Counted from the first letter of the stretch, positions 46,598 to 55,816 are shown. The stretch: 64,000 nt of DNA from an uncultured virus (IMG/VR IMGVR_UViG_2562617116_000002) (IMGVR_UViG_2562617116_000002:1-64000); one strand, 5' to 3'. Numbers and translations are program-made. The notes: generated by a model not told the origin, from the sequence alone.

Positions 46598-47893
46598 TTA
46601 CTCGTCGCCCTTTCGATCGAACCGCGCTTCGACAGGCGTTACGAGGTTCAGGAGCTCAGGTTTTAGAAAATAAGACGTTCTATGACCTCCGTAATCGATC
46701 GCCTCAACTTCCGGATTTCCTTTATCTCCGAAACCGACAATTTCTCCGATTCCGCTATTTTCGAACCAGTTCCGATCATCGTACGCAACGACGTCACCTT
46801 CCTTATACTCGCCAACCTCGCGTCCGATTGCGGCCCATTTTTCGATCTCTGCGGCCTCTTCTTCCGGTAGGAGTTCGAGCTGATCAGGCGTTGCGTATCC
46901 GTAATAACAACCGCATTCAATCTGGATTTTCTTTTCAGCGTCACCATGATAGTAATCGTTATGGATTACGGTGTAGACTTTTCCGTTTTCGAAACCTAAT
47001 AACGGATATACGCCGCCGCCCGATTTCAGCCGAACTTTAGCGCCTTTCTTAAACTTTGCGCGAGCTACCGCGTCTTTTGCTTCGGCAACTTCTTCGTCAG
47101 TGGCGCGGACGATATAGTCCGGTGTCTTCTTTGTGTACCCGTATTTAATTCCTGCGACAGACTTAATGCGAAAATCACAGTCATCTTCTCCGTAACTATT
47201 TTCGATGATTTCCACGATGTCTCCATTACTAAAACCAGCCATACAACTCTGAGTAGCGTTAACCACCTTCGCATAATCACCGACTTTCAGGTGCTCAGGC
47301 TTCGGTTCGACGGCGCTGACTTTACGGTAGACTTCGAATACTTCGCCATGGGTATCAAAATCGTCCCCTTCGTCATCGTAGATGATCGGATCCCCGCAAT
47401 CATCTACGAACTCAATCTCGTAAAACTTCCCTGCGGTTAGATATTCGAATGAAGCTTCGTCAAACTTAACGAAATCGCCCGCTTTCGCCTCGCTCTTGGC
47501 AATCCGTACGTATTCCGTCTTGGCTTCGCCTTTTAACGCAGCAACGTCGGATTTTAATGCCGCGATATCCTTTTCGTTTGTGCTGACGCGATCTTCTAAT
47601 GACGGATGGGATGCGGAGACTTTGCGGAAAGCGATACCATCGCCATTCCTCTGAGTAACTGTAGCGCTACCTAAAAATCTTGTCGGAATAAAAATAGCGC
47701 CCGTCTGATGCTTTTCGGTGAGGTAAAATTCGCCAGACTCTCCGCCAATAACCATGTGTCCTTCCGTTAATAGGAATAGATCGCCCTCCTGAACGGGACT
47801 TTCCGTCTTCACATACTCCGCTCCACCATACGCAACCTTCGTAATTTCACCGTTCACCATATCGAGAGTTTTAACGCCTTCTAATTTCGCCAT
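46598..47893 (-). CDS. Hypothetical protein with repeated SH3-like units
   Basis: Repeats '(K/A)..GD(F/Y).K', 431 aa, strong RBS. Confidence 0.75.
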   Translation of the reverse strand: MAKLEGVKTLDMVNGEITKVAYGGAEYVKTESPVQEGDLFLLTEGHMVIGGESGEFYLTEKHQTGAIFIPTRFLGSATVTQRNGDGIAFRKVSASHPSLEDRVSTNEKDIAALKSDVAALKGEAKTEYVRIAKSEAKAGDFVKFDEASFEYLTAGKFYEIEFVDDCGDPIIYDDEGDDFDTHGEVFEVYRKVSAVEPKPEHLKVGDYAKVVNATQSCMAGFSNGDIVEIIENSYGEDDCDFRIKSVAGIKYGYTKKTPDYIVRATDEEVAEAKDAVARAKFKKGAKVRLKSGGGVYPLLGFENGKVYTVIHNDYYHGDAEKKIQIECGCYYGYATPDQLELLPEEEAAEIEKWAAIGREVGEYKEGDVVAYDDRNWFENSGIGEIVGFGDKGNPEVEAIDYGGHRTSYFLKPELLNLVTPVEARFDRKGDE

Positions 47894-47933
47894 CGAATCG
47901 TCCTCCTTTTATTGACCGTCCGACCCGGTAAGG

Positions 47934-48368
47934 TCAAACCGCCTCCGCTTCGTTATTTTCCGCAAAATCTTCCCGCATGAAATTCAGATCCATTTCGACC
48001 CAACGCTTGCCTTCCCGTTCTGACGGCCCCCAATAGTCCGTAATGCCGCGGTTCTCGAACATCCAGACGCGAGGGAATTTGCCCTCACCGATTAGCACTC
48101 CGATGAAGAAGTCGGCATCTTCCGCCGTGTATGGCTGTCCGTCTCCTTTGCGTCCGCTTACCGTTAAGTAGCCGCGTTTTTCCGTACGGTCCCGGATCGT
48201 CTTAACCTGGAACGTCTTCCATTCGCCAGTGCCCGGATCTTTTGCGCTGATATCGAACGGTTCTTCTGTGTCCGCTGTTGATACCGCCTGCCACCCGCTA
48301 GCCATTAAAGCTGCGCGGGCGATCAGTTCGGAATACTTGCCGATAGTTTCCTTGAGATGCGCCATCAC
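47934..48368 (-). CDS. PD-(D/E)XK endonuclease, free-standing
   Basis: 'G..SE', 'PFD', 'QVK', 'Y..EDADF'. Confidence 0.65.
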   Translation of the reverse strand: MMAHLKETIGKYSELIARAALMASGWQAVSTADTEEPFDISAKDPGTGEWKTFQVKTIRDRTEKRGYLTVSGRKGDGQPYTAEDADFFIGVLIGEGKFPRVWMFENRGITDYWGPSEREGKRWVEMDLNFMREDFAENNEAEAV

Positions 48369-48542
48369 TCCGCCTCCAATAACTTGTATAGTCTAGCCGT
48401 CTCTAAAAGCAACACGCCGCATGTTAAGTTTAAAACTCCGACTACAATATCTTCGTAAAGCATTCGACCAGCTGCTAAACCGAAAAATATAATCGCGAGT
48501 ACAATTCGAGTTTGATACATTCAAGCGTCCCCCTTCGTTTTA

Positions 48543-49298
48543 TTAAAACGGTAGATCATCGTCGTTGATTTCTTCGTTAGGTTTTTCGTTATTGGATTCC
48601 GATACTGGTGGCAGTTTATCGCGATCAATCTTCGCTTCCTCATCCGCTTCATGCAGTAGTTTAACGATGTCGGCCTCTTCACGGAAGTTAGCGAGTTCTT
48701 CATACTCGTAGTCGATTCCGATGAACTTTTTCGCTTCCTCAAGCTGTTCCGGAGAGGCATCGCCAGATTCTAACGAGAACGACTTGTCGACTTGTTTGAT
48801 ATGAACGGCTTCACCGACGAGAGTGTAGTCCGGATTAAACTTGCGACCCATCTTTTCGGCTTTGTCATAGTCCGCGATCAAGTTGTTAATGTGGAACTCT
48901 TTCGTATCGATCACGCGATATGTTTTGTATTCGAGATCATAAACCGGAATCATCGCGTACAGCTTACGAGGCGCACCGACTAAGCAAGACGGGCAAGCGT
49001 CAGGGTTCGGTTTCTTAAATGCGCTTTGATCAGCACGGATTCCTTTCGGAGAGTGCAGGCACGTATGCTTTCGGAAGTGGTAGATCGTCCTCTGCCCGTT
49101 AAATGTGCTTTGCTCATGCACATAGTACGCAAACCAGTCGTCTGGATCAGCGAGAATAACGAATGTGCGTCCTTCCGCGTTTACTTCTCCGTGTTTACCC
49201 ATACGGACATAACGAGTGACACCTTCCGGGAACTCCCCGCCTGATTGCGCTGCCTCACGCTGTTCCTCGCGTTGCTTCAAAGTATCTCTTAGACTCAT
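48543..49298 (-). CDS. Single-stranded DNA-binding protein (gp32-like, zinc site)
   Basis: H..C...CPSC; acidic tail ending DDDLPF. Confidence 0.75.
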   Translation of the reverse strand: MSLRDTLKQREEQREAAQSGGEFPEGVTRYVRMGKHGEVNAEGRTFVILADPDDWFAYYVHEQSTFNGQRTIYHFRKHTCLHSPKGIRADQSAFKKPNPDACPSCLVGAPRKLYAMIPVYDLEYKTYRVIDTKEFHINNLIADYDKAEKMGRKFNPDYTLVGEAVHIKQVDKSFSLESGDASPEQLEEAKKFIGIDYEYEELANFREEADIVKLLHEADEEAKIDRDKLPPVSESNNEKPNEEINDDDLPF

Positions 49299-49545
49299 TC
49301 GATTTCCCCCTACGTTTTAATTTTGAGGCTTTTAGCCCTCGCAAAATGCCGGTAACTGCGTCCGAAACGCCGCCAGCGCTAAGCCGTAGCGACGCGACTC
49401 TGTTACTTAACGTCCGCCCCGACATTCTCCGAGCGCCGGGCCGCATATCCGCCGCCCTCATTCGCCTTCTTCGCGATTAACTTCGTAAATAAGTCGGCCA
49501 ATTACAAGCGCGGCAATCACCGCAAATATTTCGAACAACCATGCG

Positions 49546-50058
49546 TTAGACATAGGCGGCGACTCCTTTTTCCTTATCGGCTAATTCCGAGCGTTTGGCC
49601 GCAAGATCGCTATATTCGGATTTCAAAACGGAAATCTTTTCGTCAATACTTGCGATAACCTTATTCGAACGTGCCTTTGCGCGATTTAATTCGAGCTGCG
49701 CAATTTCGAGGTTCTTTTCCGCAAGCTGGACGTTAAGTGCGCGAGTCTCGCGTTTGATACGACGGATCATTGCGTTTGCTTTGCGCCGTAAAGCCGTCTT
49801 CATTTCGTCAGGGATTGCGTCGAGTGGTTCGGGCATTTTGTAAACGGTCACGATTTTATTTTTATATACGATAAATCGAACTCTGCTCTTGTGGTGATCG
49901 TATACTTCCTGCCGACCGCCTCGTTTATCCGGATTGCTTCCGACATAGACTGCCGTCTGCATTAATTGAACGAGGTGATTAGGAGCGACTGACCGCAAGA
50001 CACCGAGACGTTCGACTGCGCGATCAATAGCGTGCTTTGTGACTTCGTATTGTTTCAT
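49546..50058 (-). CDS. Hypothetical protein (RelE-like N-terminus, coiled coil)
   Basis: 'VTKHAIDRAVER...IVTVY'. Confidence 0.6.
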   Translation of the reverse strand: MKQYEVTKHAIDRAVERLGVLRSVAPNHLVQLMQTAVYVGSNPDKRGGRQEVYDHHKSRVRFIVYKNKIVTVYKMPEPLDAIPDEMKTALRRKANAMIRRIKRETRALNVQLAEKNLEIAQLELNRAKARSNKVIASIDEKISVLKSEYSDLAAKRSELADKEKGVAAYV

Positions 50059-50207
50059 CCGACGCGCACCGCCTTTATCGATTGTGGTCGGTAGTAGTCC
50101 GCCGGATCTTCGTCGGCCGGCCATGCGCCTTGATATAAAATTTCGGTAAGTTTGCGCGGATCTAGCGCTGGATACGTATTGGAATCGGAAATTTTGGGGA
50201 TATTCAT
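50055..50207 (-). CDS. 50-aa hypothetical protein
   Basis: GGAGG RBS; ATGA coupling to the next gene. Confidence 0.6.
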   Translation of the reverse strand: MNIPKISDSNTYPALDPRKLTEILYQGAWPADEDPADYYRPQSIKAVRVG

Positions 50208-50341
50208 AGTACGTTCGCCTCCATATTATTTAGGTAAAACGTACTAGATCGGAAGGTGTGTTCGCATTCTGTTCGCTTGTCTTTTGACATGAGAACGGTT
50301 ATCATGAGGATGTGGCTACGCCTCCCGAGGCTAGTTACGTT

Positions 50342-50977
50342 TTATACAGCAAGATAAACACTAATATCGCCGTGCTGTGATGCGTCATAGTTTTTCGCAA
50401 GTTTGCGAATCTCACGTGTTACGGTGTAGTGGTGAACACCTAGCTTACGTCCAATTTGCCGGGCGCTAGGTTGTTCGGGTGAAAGATGTTCTTTAACGAT
50501 TGCCGTCGTTAAAGCATCTGAGTTATTCGTTAGGGCCTCGATAAGTTGCCGCTTATCGTGGTCCGTTTTTATTTCGCCTGATACTCGATCAACTACATAA
50601 GATTCTAAATCGAAATCCGATGCAGATTCGAATGTTGCCGCATTCTCCTCCGCGGTCGTGTCTAACGGAATTGATCGCTTAACATATGTCCCATTCTTTT
50701 TCCTGGTAACATCGATCGCAGCTCTTGCTAAGTGTAGTTTGAAGTGGCTAACAACATCGGTTGATTTTTGCTTGTCGAAGTTCTTTGCACACCACCAAAC
50801 TCGTTCGTTTAATTCACTTACAATTTCATCCCGCAATACCGCGCTTGTTCTTGAGTATTTCCTCGCGATATTTGAAACCATAGATTTGAAATGATCAAAT
50901 ATGTTTCGGAATGATTGGCTGCTCCCTGTGGTCTGGAACTCATCAATCAGCTTTATTAAGTTTTTTTCGTGTTCCAA
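50342..50977 (-). CDS. Phage sigma-70-family sigma factor
   Basis: Region 2-like 'FKSMVSNIARKY...DEIVSELNERVWWCAKNFD'; region 4 HTH 'SARQIGRKLGVHHYTVTR'. Confidence 0.75.
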   Translation of the reverse strand: MEHEKNLIKLIDEFQTTGSSQSFRNIFDHFKSMVSNIARKYSRTSAVLRDEIVSELNERVWWCAKNFDKQKSTDVVSHFKLHLARAAIDVTRKKNGTYVKRSIPLDTTAEENAATFESASDFDLESYVVDRVSGEIKTDHDKRQLIEALTNNSDALTTAIVKEHLSPEQPSARQIGRKLGVHHYTVTREIRKLAKNYDASQHGDISVYLAV

Positions 50978-50998
50978 CTATCATTTCCCCTTTCAATA

Positions 50999-51030
50999 AT
51001 AACTGCGAATCTTGGATAAAGATTGGCACA
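50999..51030 (-). promoter_or_regulatory. Putative phage-sigma promoter (sigma gene, autoregulatory)
   Basis: TGTGCC-N17-CGCAGTTAT, 22 nt before the TTG. Confidence 0.6.
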
Positions 51031-51105
51031 TGTTTTTTTATTTTTTTTATAAGTTTTTCTTCCATGACCATATATTAGCATGATTTGATATTGAATTTTC
51101 TGAAA

Positions 51106-51139
51106 GTGAACAAGGTTTTGAAATACTACTTTTGTTCAC
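51106..51139. promoter_or_regulatory. Candidate AimR operator
   Basis: GTGAACAA-N18-TTGTTCAC downstream of the aimP terminator and upstream of an extended -10 (TGcTAATAT). Confidence 0.6.
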
Positions 51140-51158
51140 ACGTTTAAACAAAATGGAT

Positions 51159-51187
51159 AAATAAAAGCCGCCCTAAATGGGCGACCT
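51159..51187 (-). terminator. aimP terminator
   Basis: GGTCGCCC-ATTTA-GGGCGGCT followed by TTTATTT. Confidence 0.8.
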
Positions 51188-51191
51188 TGTC

Positions 51192-51320
51192 CTAACCTCC
51201 TATGATATTAATTGCAAGTTCTTTCTGCTGTTCTACTCCGCCACCATTAATTGATTTAAGCGCTAACCCTCCTGCCACAACTACTCCCAACACTAAAGCA
51301 ACTGATAAAATCTTTTTCAA
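51192..51320 (-). CDS. aimP: Arbitrium pro-peptide; predicted mature peptide INIIGG
   Basis: AAAGGAGAGG then TTG; MKKILSVALVLGVVVAGGLALKSINGGGVEQQKELAINIIGG; signal peptide; overlaps the aimR 3' end. Confidence 0.85.
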   Translation of the reverse strand: MKKILSVALVLGVVVAGGLALKSINGGGVEQQKELAINIIGG

Positions 51321-52485
51321 ATAAAACCTCTCCTTTTGGATTACCTTTACTTAGATTAGCAAGAGATTTAACAAACTCGGAATTTTCCCCCGCGTTGATC
51401 AAATCCCTCACAATAATAACTGCGAAATAAAGATTGGAATTGGCAACGAAATAGTGAAATTTTTTATACAAACTTTCAACTTTTTTTCCTTCCATACTTC
51501 TAAGGTAATCCAATAAATCGAGATCGCCGACTTTTTTAACATTTTTCTCTGCTTCAGAAAAGGAGATTTTTCCTTCTTTATAGCGCTGAACTGATAAAAC
51601 TGATTCGTGATCATCTTTATCTAATTCAATAGACAGGAGAAGTTTCCCCATACTCAGGTTATATTCTGAAACCTCCATTATTAACTCTGAATTAGTTTCC
51701 GCGGCCGTAGCGCAACTCTTCTCAAGGAAAAAAAGACATTTTTTGGGGCTTTTAATTAGATAAGACATACCTAACACATAATAGGCATCTGATTCAGCTC
51801 TTTTGTTGATATTAGATTGCAGAATAATACTAGCGTAGTGCCTAGCCTCTTCTAAGTTGTTCAAAAACAAATTCGCGACGGAAAGTACCTCCGATAGACG
51901 AAACAGATAGCATTCCTTTAAGAACAGCCGTGTCTTGTCGCTCAAAGATTTAATTTCGGCCTCGATATCAGCTGCCTTATCTATTAAGTAGGAGAATTGA
52001 CGTTTGTGTAGTAGAACGATGCATTTGTAGATATTCAAGAGAATTTTTAAAGAAGCATCACTGATGTTTTTTAAGGCAGACAGCGCGTCGCCCATTTGGT
52101 GAAATTTTGTTTCGCCAGTCATATAACTGTATATAAAAGAGTAAACCTTCACATACTGACCAATAACTCCTTTTGTTGTCCTGTGTTTGGTTAACAATTG
52201 GTTTAATAGTCCAACATCACGTGTTACAGCAGCATACTCAAATGTGTTTTTAATACAATCATCTGTTCTCATTTTAAGGCACCACTGACGCATTTTGCTT
52301 TTATAATTTTTAGGATCTACAAGAAGAATTAGGCGCAATACATTTCTAAAAGTTAACTCCCTCTGTCCGCTTTTTAGGTAATAAACCTGTCTTGTAGAAA
52401 TATTTAAAAAGTCCGCAACTTTTTTGTCATCCAAGTCATCTCTGTCTTCAATTTTATTAAATAAGAACTCCCTTACACCTTCCAT
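51256..52485 (-). CDS. aimR: Arbitrium receptor (HTH plus TPR, RRNPP family), 409 aa
   Basis: N-terminal HTH, 'FEYAA..R...LL..L', TPR 'SDAYYVLGMSYL'; followed by the secreted peptide gene. Confidence 0.85.
   Translation of the reverse strand: MEGVREFLFNKIEDRDDLDDKKVADFLNISTRQVYYLKSGQRELTFRNVLRLILLVDPKNYKSKMRQWCLKMRTDDCIKNTFEYAAVTRDVGLLNQLLTKHRTTKGVIGQYVKVYSFIYSYMTGETKFHQMGDALSALKNISDASLKILLNIYKCIVLLHKRQFSYLIDKAADIEAEIKSLSDKTRLFLKECYLFRLSEVLSVANLFLNNLEEARHYASIILQSNINKRAESDAYYVLGMSYLIKSPKKCLFFLEKSCATAAETNSELIMEVSEYNLSMGKLLLSIELDKDDHESVLSVQRYKEGKISFSEAEKNVKKVGDLDLLDYLRSMEGKKVESLYKKFHYFVANSNLYFAVIIVRDLINAGENSEFVKSLANLSKGNPKGEVLFEKDFISCFSVGSSCGRRVSA
51416..51445 (-). promoter_or_regulatory. Putative phage-sigma promoter for aimP inside aimR
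   Basis: TGCC-N17-CGCAGTTAT about 95 bp upstream of the aimP start. Confidence 0.55.
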
Positions 52486-52510
52486 GTAATTCACCCCGAT
52501 TAAATAATGA

Positions 52511-52574
52511 ATGACTTTTATTCCCTGATTAAGTATAATTGAATTATAACGAAAATGTTTATACGTGTAAACAT
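52511..52574. promoter_or_regulatory. Face-to-face SigA promoters (aimR and xre) with a palindromic operator
   Basis: Plus ATGACT-N17-TATAAT; minus TTTACA-N17-TATAAT; ATGTTTA-N6-TAAACAT at 52555-52574. Confidence 0.65.
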
Positions 52575-52594
52575 ATTTTTTAGGAGGATTTTCA

Positions 52595-52816
52595 ATGGTT
52601 GATTTTTCGCCTTTATTCGATACTTTAAGAGAAAAAGGAATGAAACTGAGTGATTTGAGACAAGTTATCAGTTCCAGGACGCAAGCTAGTATTAAAGAAA
52701 ACCACTTACAAAAAAATCTCAAAATGTATATAGGTACCCTGGAAAAAATCTGCTTATTCCTAGAGGTGCCCGTTGAGAAAGTCATTAAAATAGTTCCTGA
52801 TAACGTAGAAAAATAA
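52595..52816 (+). CDS. Xre/Cro-family HTH regulator
   Basis: TAGGAGG RBS; 'TLEKICLFLEVPVEKVI'. Confidence 0.8.
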   Translation: MVDFSPLFDTLREKGMKLSDLRQVISSRTQASIKENHLQKNLKMYIGTLEKICLFLEVPVEKVIKIVPDNVEK

Positions 52817-52862
52817 CGATATTTAAGCTATAATTTCCCCGTGAAGCAAAAGCTTTGCGGAG

Positions 52863-53090
52863 GTGTTTAATACGGTTAAGTATCGTCGAGGTAAATGTTT
52901 ACTTCGCGACCGACTCCGTGAAGCTGGAATGAACCAAGCGCAGCTCGCCGATAGGTCTGGCGTTAAAGAATCGCATGTATCCGGTTATGTACACGGAACA
53001 AAACGGATGAACCTTGATACTGCGAAAACTTTTTCGGTAATTCTAAACTGCCGCATGGACGACCTGTACGAATGGATCGTCGAGGAATAA
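52863..53090 (+). CDS. Xre/Cro-family HTH regulator
   Basis: 'MNQAQLADRSGVKESHVSGY...DDLYEW'. Confidence 0.85.
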   Translation: MFNTVKYRRGKCLLRDRLREAGMNQAQLADRSGVKESHVSGYVHGTKRMNLDTAKTFSVILNCRMDDLYEWIVEE

Positions 53091-53113
53091 CCGGTAGTCG
53101 GTCGCTGACGGGA

Positions 53114-54127
53114 TTAAGTGTCGCCCGTCAACGAAAAACTTACCCGTTTAGGTAACTTCACCCGCCACCTCTTAACGTCCTCCGCACGCTCATACACCGC
53201 CTTCAACTCCGCTCTCCCTCTCGCAAGCAAAAATTCATTCGCATCCTTCCCTTCCGTAATATATCCGTGTGCCAGTCCGACTTTCCCGTATAAATAACGC
53301 TCGACCTCCGCCCGCAGCTTCTCGCCGGCCTTATCGTTATCCGTCACGATGGTTACGTGTTCGATCGGAGACTGGATGATAATGTCCGCCTTCTTTTGGT
53401 TGAACGAAGATCCTCCGGTCCCGATCGCCGGCACTCCCGCCGTCATCCACGATTGCGCATCGATCTCCGCCTCGCATAAGACAACGCGGTTCAGCCGCCT
53501 GTCATATACGACATTCATTCCGTAAACAAGGTCCCGTATCGGCCATCCGCCTTTGACGTACCAGAACGCCTTACCCCGGGTTGACCGATACTTTACGTTG
53601 GCGAGCCGTCCGTTCGGCAGCCGCCAGGGCAACGCAACCGCACCGCCAACCATTCCTACACCCATTAGACGCTGGACCGCCGGCATGATGCCGCGCTTGT
53701 TTAAATAATCGTTAGGCCCCGCAACCACGCCGCCGAGAATCGATTCGCTTAGAGGTTCGCGATTCTTTGCGATCTTCAGCTTCGGCAGCCTGAGCGTTAA
53801 TTTACCGTCATCTGATTCCGGCGCATACGCATCGATCAGGTATTCGATCGTCTCCTCTTCGGTTTCTTCGCGCAAGAACGCCAGCAACTTAACGAAGCCA
53901 CCCCGTGCATACTCTGCGTCATAATAGCCGCTATCGCCCCAATAGCCGGCCTTTGCGGATGCCGTGTCGTCAAGATATACGTAAAAACTTGGCGTCCGGT
54001 CATATCGGAAAGGGCTTGCGGCCAGGAGTCGCTCATCCGTCCAAGTCGGCCGCGTCCATTCGAATTGTTCGAGTTCATATCGTATGTCAACGTCGACCTG
54101 ACGGCCATTTAACGTTAAAATCGGCAC
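53114..54127 (-). CDS. DNA primase (TOPRIM)
   Basis: 'CEAEIDA', 'DNDKAG', 'KDANE'. Confidence 0.88.
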   Translation of the reverse strand: MPILTLNGRQVDVDIRYELEQFEWTRPTWTDERLLAASPFRYDRTPSFYVYLDDTASAKAGYWGDSGYYDAEYARGGFVKLLAFLREETEEETIEYLIDAYAPESDDGKLTLRLPKLKIAKNREPLSESILGGVVAGPNDYLNKRGIMPAVQRLMGVGMVGGAVALPWRLPNGRLANVKYRSTRGKAFWYVKGGWPIRDLVYGMNVVYDRRLNRVVLCEAEIDAQSWMTAGVPAIGTGGSSFNQKKADIIIQSPIEHVTIVTDNDKAGEKLRAEVERYLYGKVGLAHGYITEGKDANEFLLARGRAELKAVYERAEDVKRWRVKLPKRVSFSLTGDT

Positions 54128-54272
54128 TTTCGTATCACTCCTTTCGTCCTAATTAGGCCGGATTGTTCTATATATTACGCCCTGATTTCGAAAAATTCCA
54201 TCGTATTTTGTCGAAAGTATTCAGAATTCCCCCGGTAAATGTTTACAATATCAACCGCTATTTTCCACCGTC

Positions 54273-55616
54273 TTAGAAATCGAATTGATCCGCAGCATCT
54301 TCGCCTTTCGGAAATTCTCGCAAAACACCGTAGTCGAATAGCGCAACTAGCTCGAGCATGAAATCTTCGCCACCATTCCGGCCTTTCTCGATCCCGATTC
54401 CGGCTATTCCCTCTTTCGATACCGAATCAAAGCCGATCAAATTCGTCGCGATATCTAACAGACGAGAGGTGGTTTTTACCTTTTCGCGAGTAGGAATTCG
54501 TAGCTCCCTCACGCCGTCTTCGCTAACCTCTTTTTTATCTACGGTCGCCTGAACGGTGTAAAATCCAACTACGTCATAATCACCCACTATATTTTCGAAA
54601 CGTGTTGCAGCGTACTCGGCTGCGCCCCCTGCTGTTTTATTTACGTTCTTTCCGTAAACATCTGAAAGTCCATAGAATGGATCAAGAAAAACGGCGTCAA
54701 TTTTTCCTGTACTCAGCTCCCGTTCAAGATCCGCTAATGACCGCGTCAACTCTCTTCCGCTTTTCCCTTGGAAATAAAGTGTTCCAGGGTAGTACGAATC
54801 GAGTAACTCCAAGACTTCGAAGAACTTTTCCCGAACAACATCATCCAGTTTTCCCGATAAAATAGCTTTGTTTGGTATGCCTACCTTCCGTCCGAGCTCG
54901 TCAATCAATACCTCGTCAACCGCTGTCGCAATTGAAATAAGACGGGAAATAAACGTGTATTCTTTAACTTCGAATGATTTAACGAGACAGTTTGCACCTT
55001 GGCGCAGTAATGAATCGAGAATTCGACAGACTAGGTATGTTTTACCGCGCCCTGACTCGCCCATGATTCCATAAATATCGCCTGTAAACCACCCCGATAT
55101 CTCATTATCAAGAGTAGGAAAAGGCGTCTTATAAATCCGGAATGACTTGCCTTCTTCGCGCTTTTTATACTCGTCTCTAAACGATTCTTTAATTTCACTC
55201 AACGTCCGACCGATAGAACTACGAACGTTTGTTCTTATTTTAAGACTTTCGACTTTTTCCGTCAACCACGAAAATAATTCTTCCGGATTATCTTGCGCTT
55301 GACTAAACCGGTCCGGAAGCTCCTTTTCCGCGATATCAACGAACTCTCGCAACGCAGCCTGTTTCCGTAGTTTTTCCGCAAGGTAATCGTAATTGGCATC
55401 GATATTAAAATCCGGCTGGAAGTCCGGCACCTCATTCGCAACCATCTCGGCCGTCGGCGCCTGGCCTCCGTGTTTCTCCGCATATTCCGTGATGTATCGG
55501 AGTGCTTTGCGTTCGCCTTCCGTTGGTAAGTCCTCGGCGGTAATATTAAAGCGCAGCAGCGCGTTCGGATCGTTCTGTTCGATTACTTTCGATAGCATTA
55601 AAACACCGTAGTTCAT
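54273..55616 (-). CDS. DnaB-like replicative helicase
   Basis: 'GESGRGKT', 'VFLD', 'KGRNG'. Confidence 0.88.
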   Translation of the reverse strand: MNYGVLMLSKVIEQNDPNALLRFNITAEDLPTEGERKALRYITEYAEKHGGQAPTAEMVANEVPDFQPDFNIDANYDYLAEKLRKQAALREFVDIAEKELPDRFSQAQDNPEELFSWLTEKVESLKIRTNVRSSIGRTLSEIKESFRDEYKKREEGKSFRIYKTPFPTLDNEISGWFTGDIYGIMGESGRGKTYLVCRILDSLLRQGANCLVKSFEVKEYTFISRLISIATAVDEVLIDELGRKVGIPNKAILSGKLDDVVREKFFEVLELLDSYYPGTLYFQGKSGRELTRSLADLERELSTGKIDAVFLDPFYGLSDVYGKNVNKTAGGAAEYAATRFENIVGDYDVVGFYTVQATVDKKEVSEDGVRELRIPTREKVKTTSRLLDIATNLIGFDSVSKEGIAGIGIEKGRNGGEDFMLELVALFDYGVLREFPKGEDAADQFDF

Positions 55617-55816
55617 CCGCGATCCCTCCTCTTCTTCTCGATATAAATGACTCTCACGCCTCTTTTCCGCTGTTCTGCGATTTCGATACTTATACGGAAG
55701 TAGTCGGCTGCCTCACCGAACATACCCGAAATGTAATCCGCAGCAACACCGATGTAGTAGAACGCCCAATCCAGCGCAGCAAACGTCCACTTTAACGGAT
55801 AGAGTAGGCGGTACAT
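55613..55816 (-). CDS. Hypothetical protein
   Basis: Coupled ORF. Confidence 0.55.
   Translation of the reverse strand: MYRLLYPLKWTFAALDWAFYYIGVAADYISGMFGEAADYFRISIEIAEQRKRGVRVIYIEKKRRDRG

Noticed and set aside
49352..49380. CGCAGTTAC in the ssb leader as a sigma promoter
   Set aside because: No matching upstream box; the bases are explained by the stem-loop.
50256..50277. Possible LexA (SOS) box
   Set aside because: It is a direct repeat of TGTTCGC, not the inverted CGAAC-N4-GTTCG.
52486..52785. 100-aa N-terminal extension of aimR in the ORF track
   Set aside because: Overlaps the divergent xre gene and the promoters; ATG 52485 has an RBS and gives a typical AimR length.
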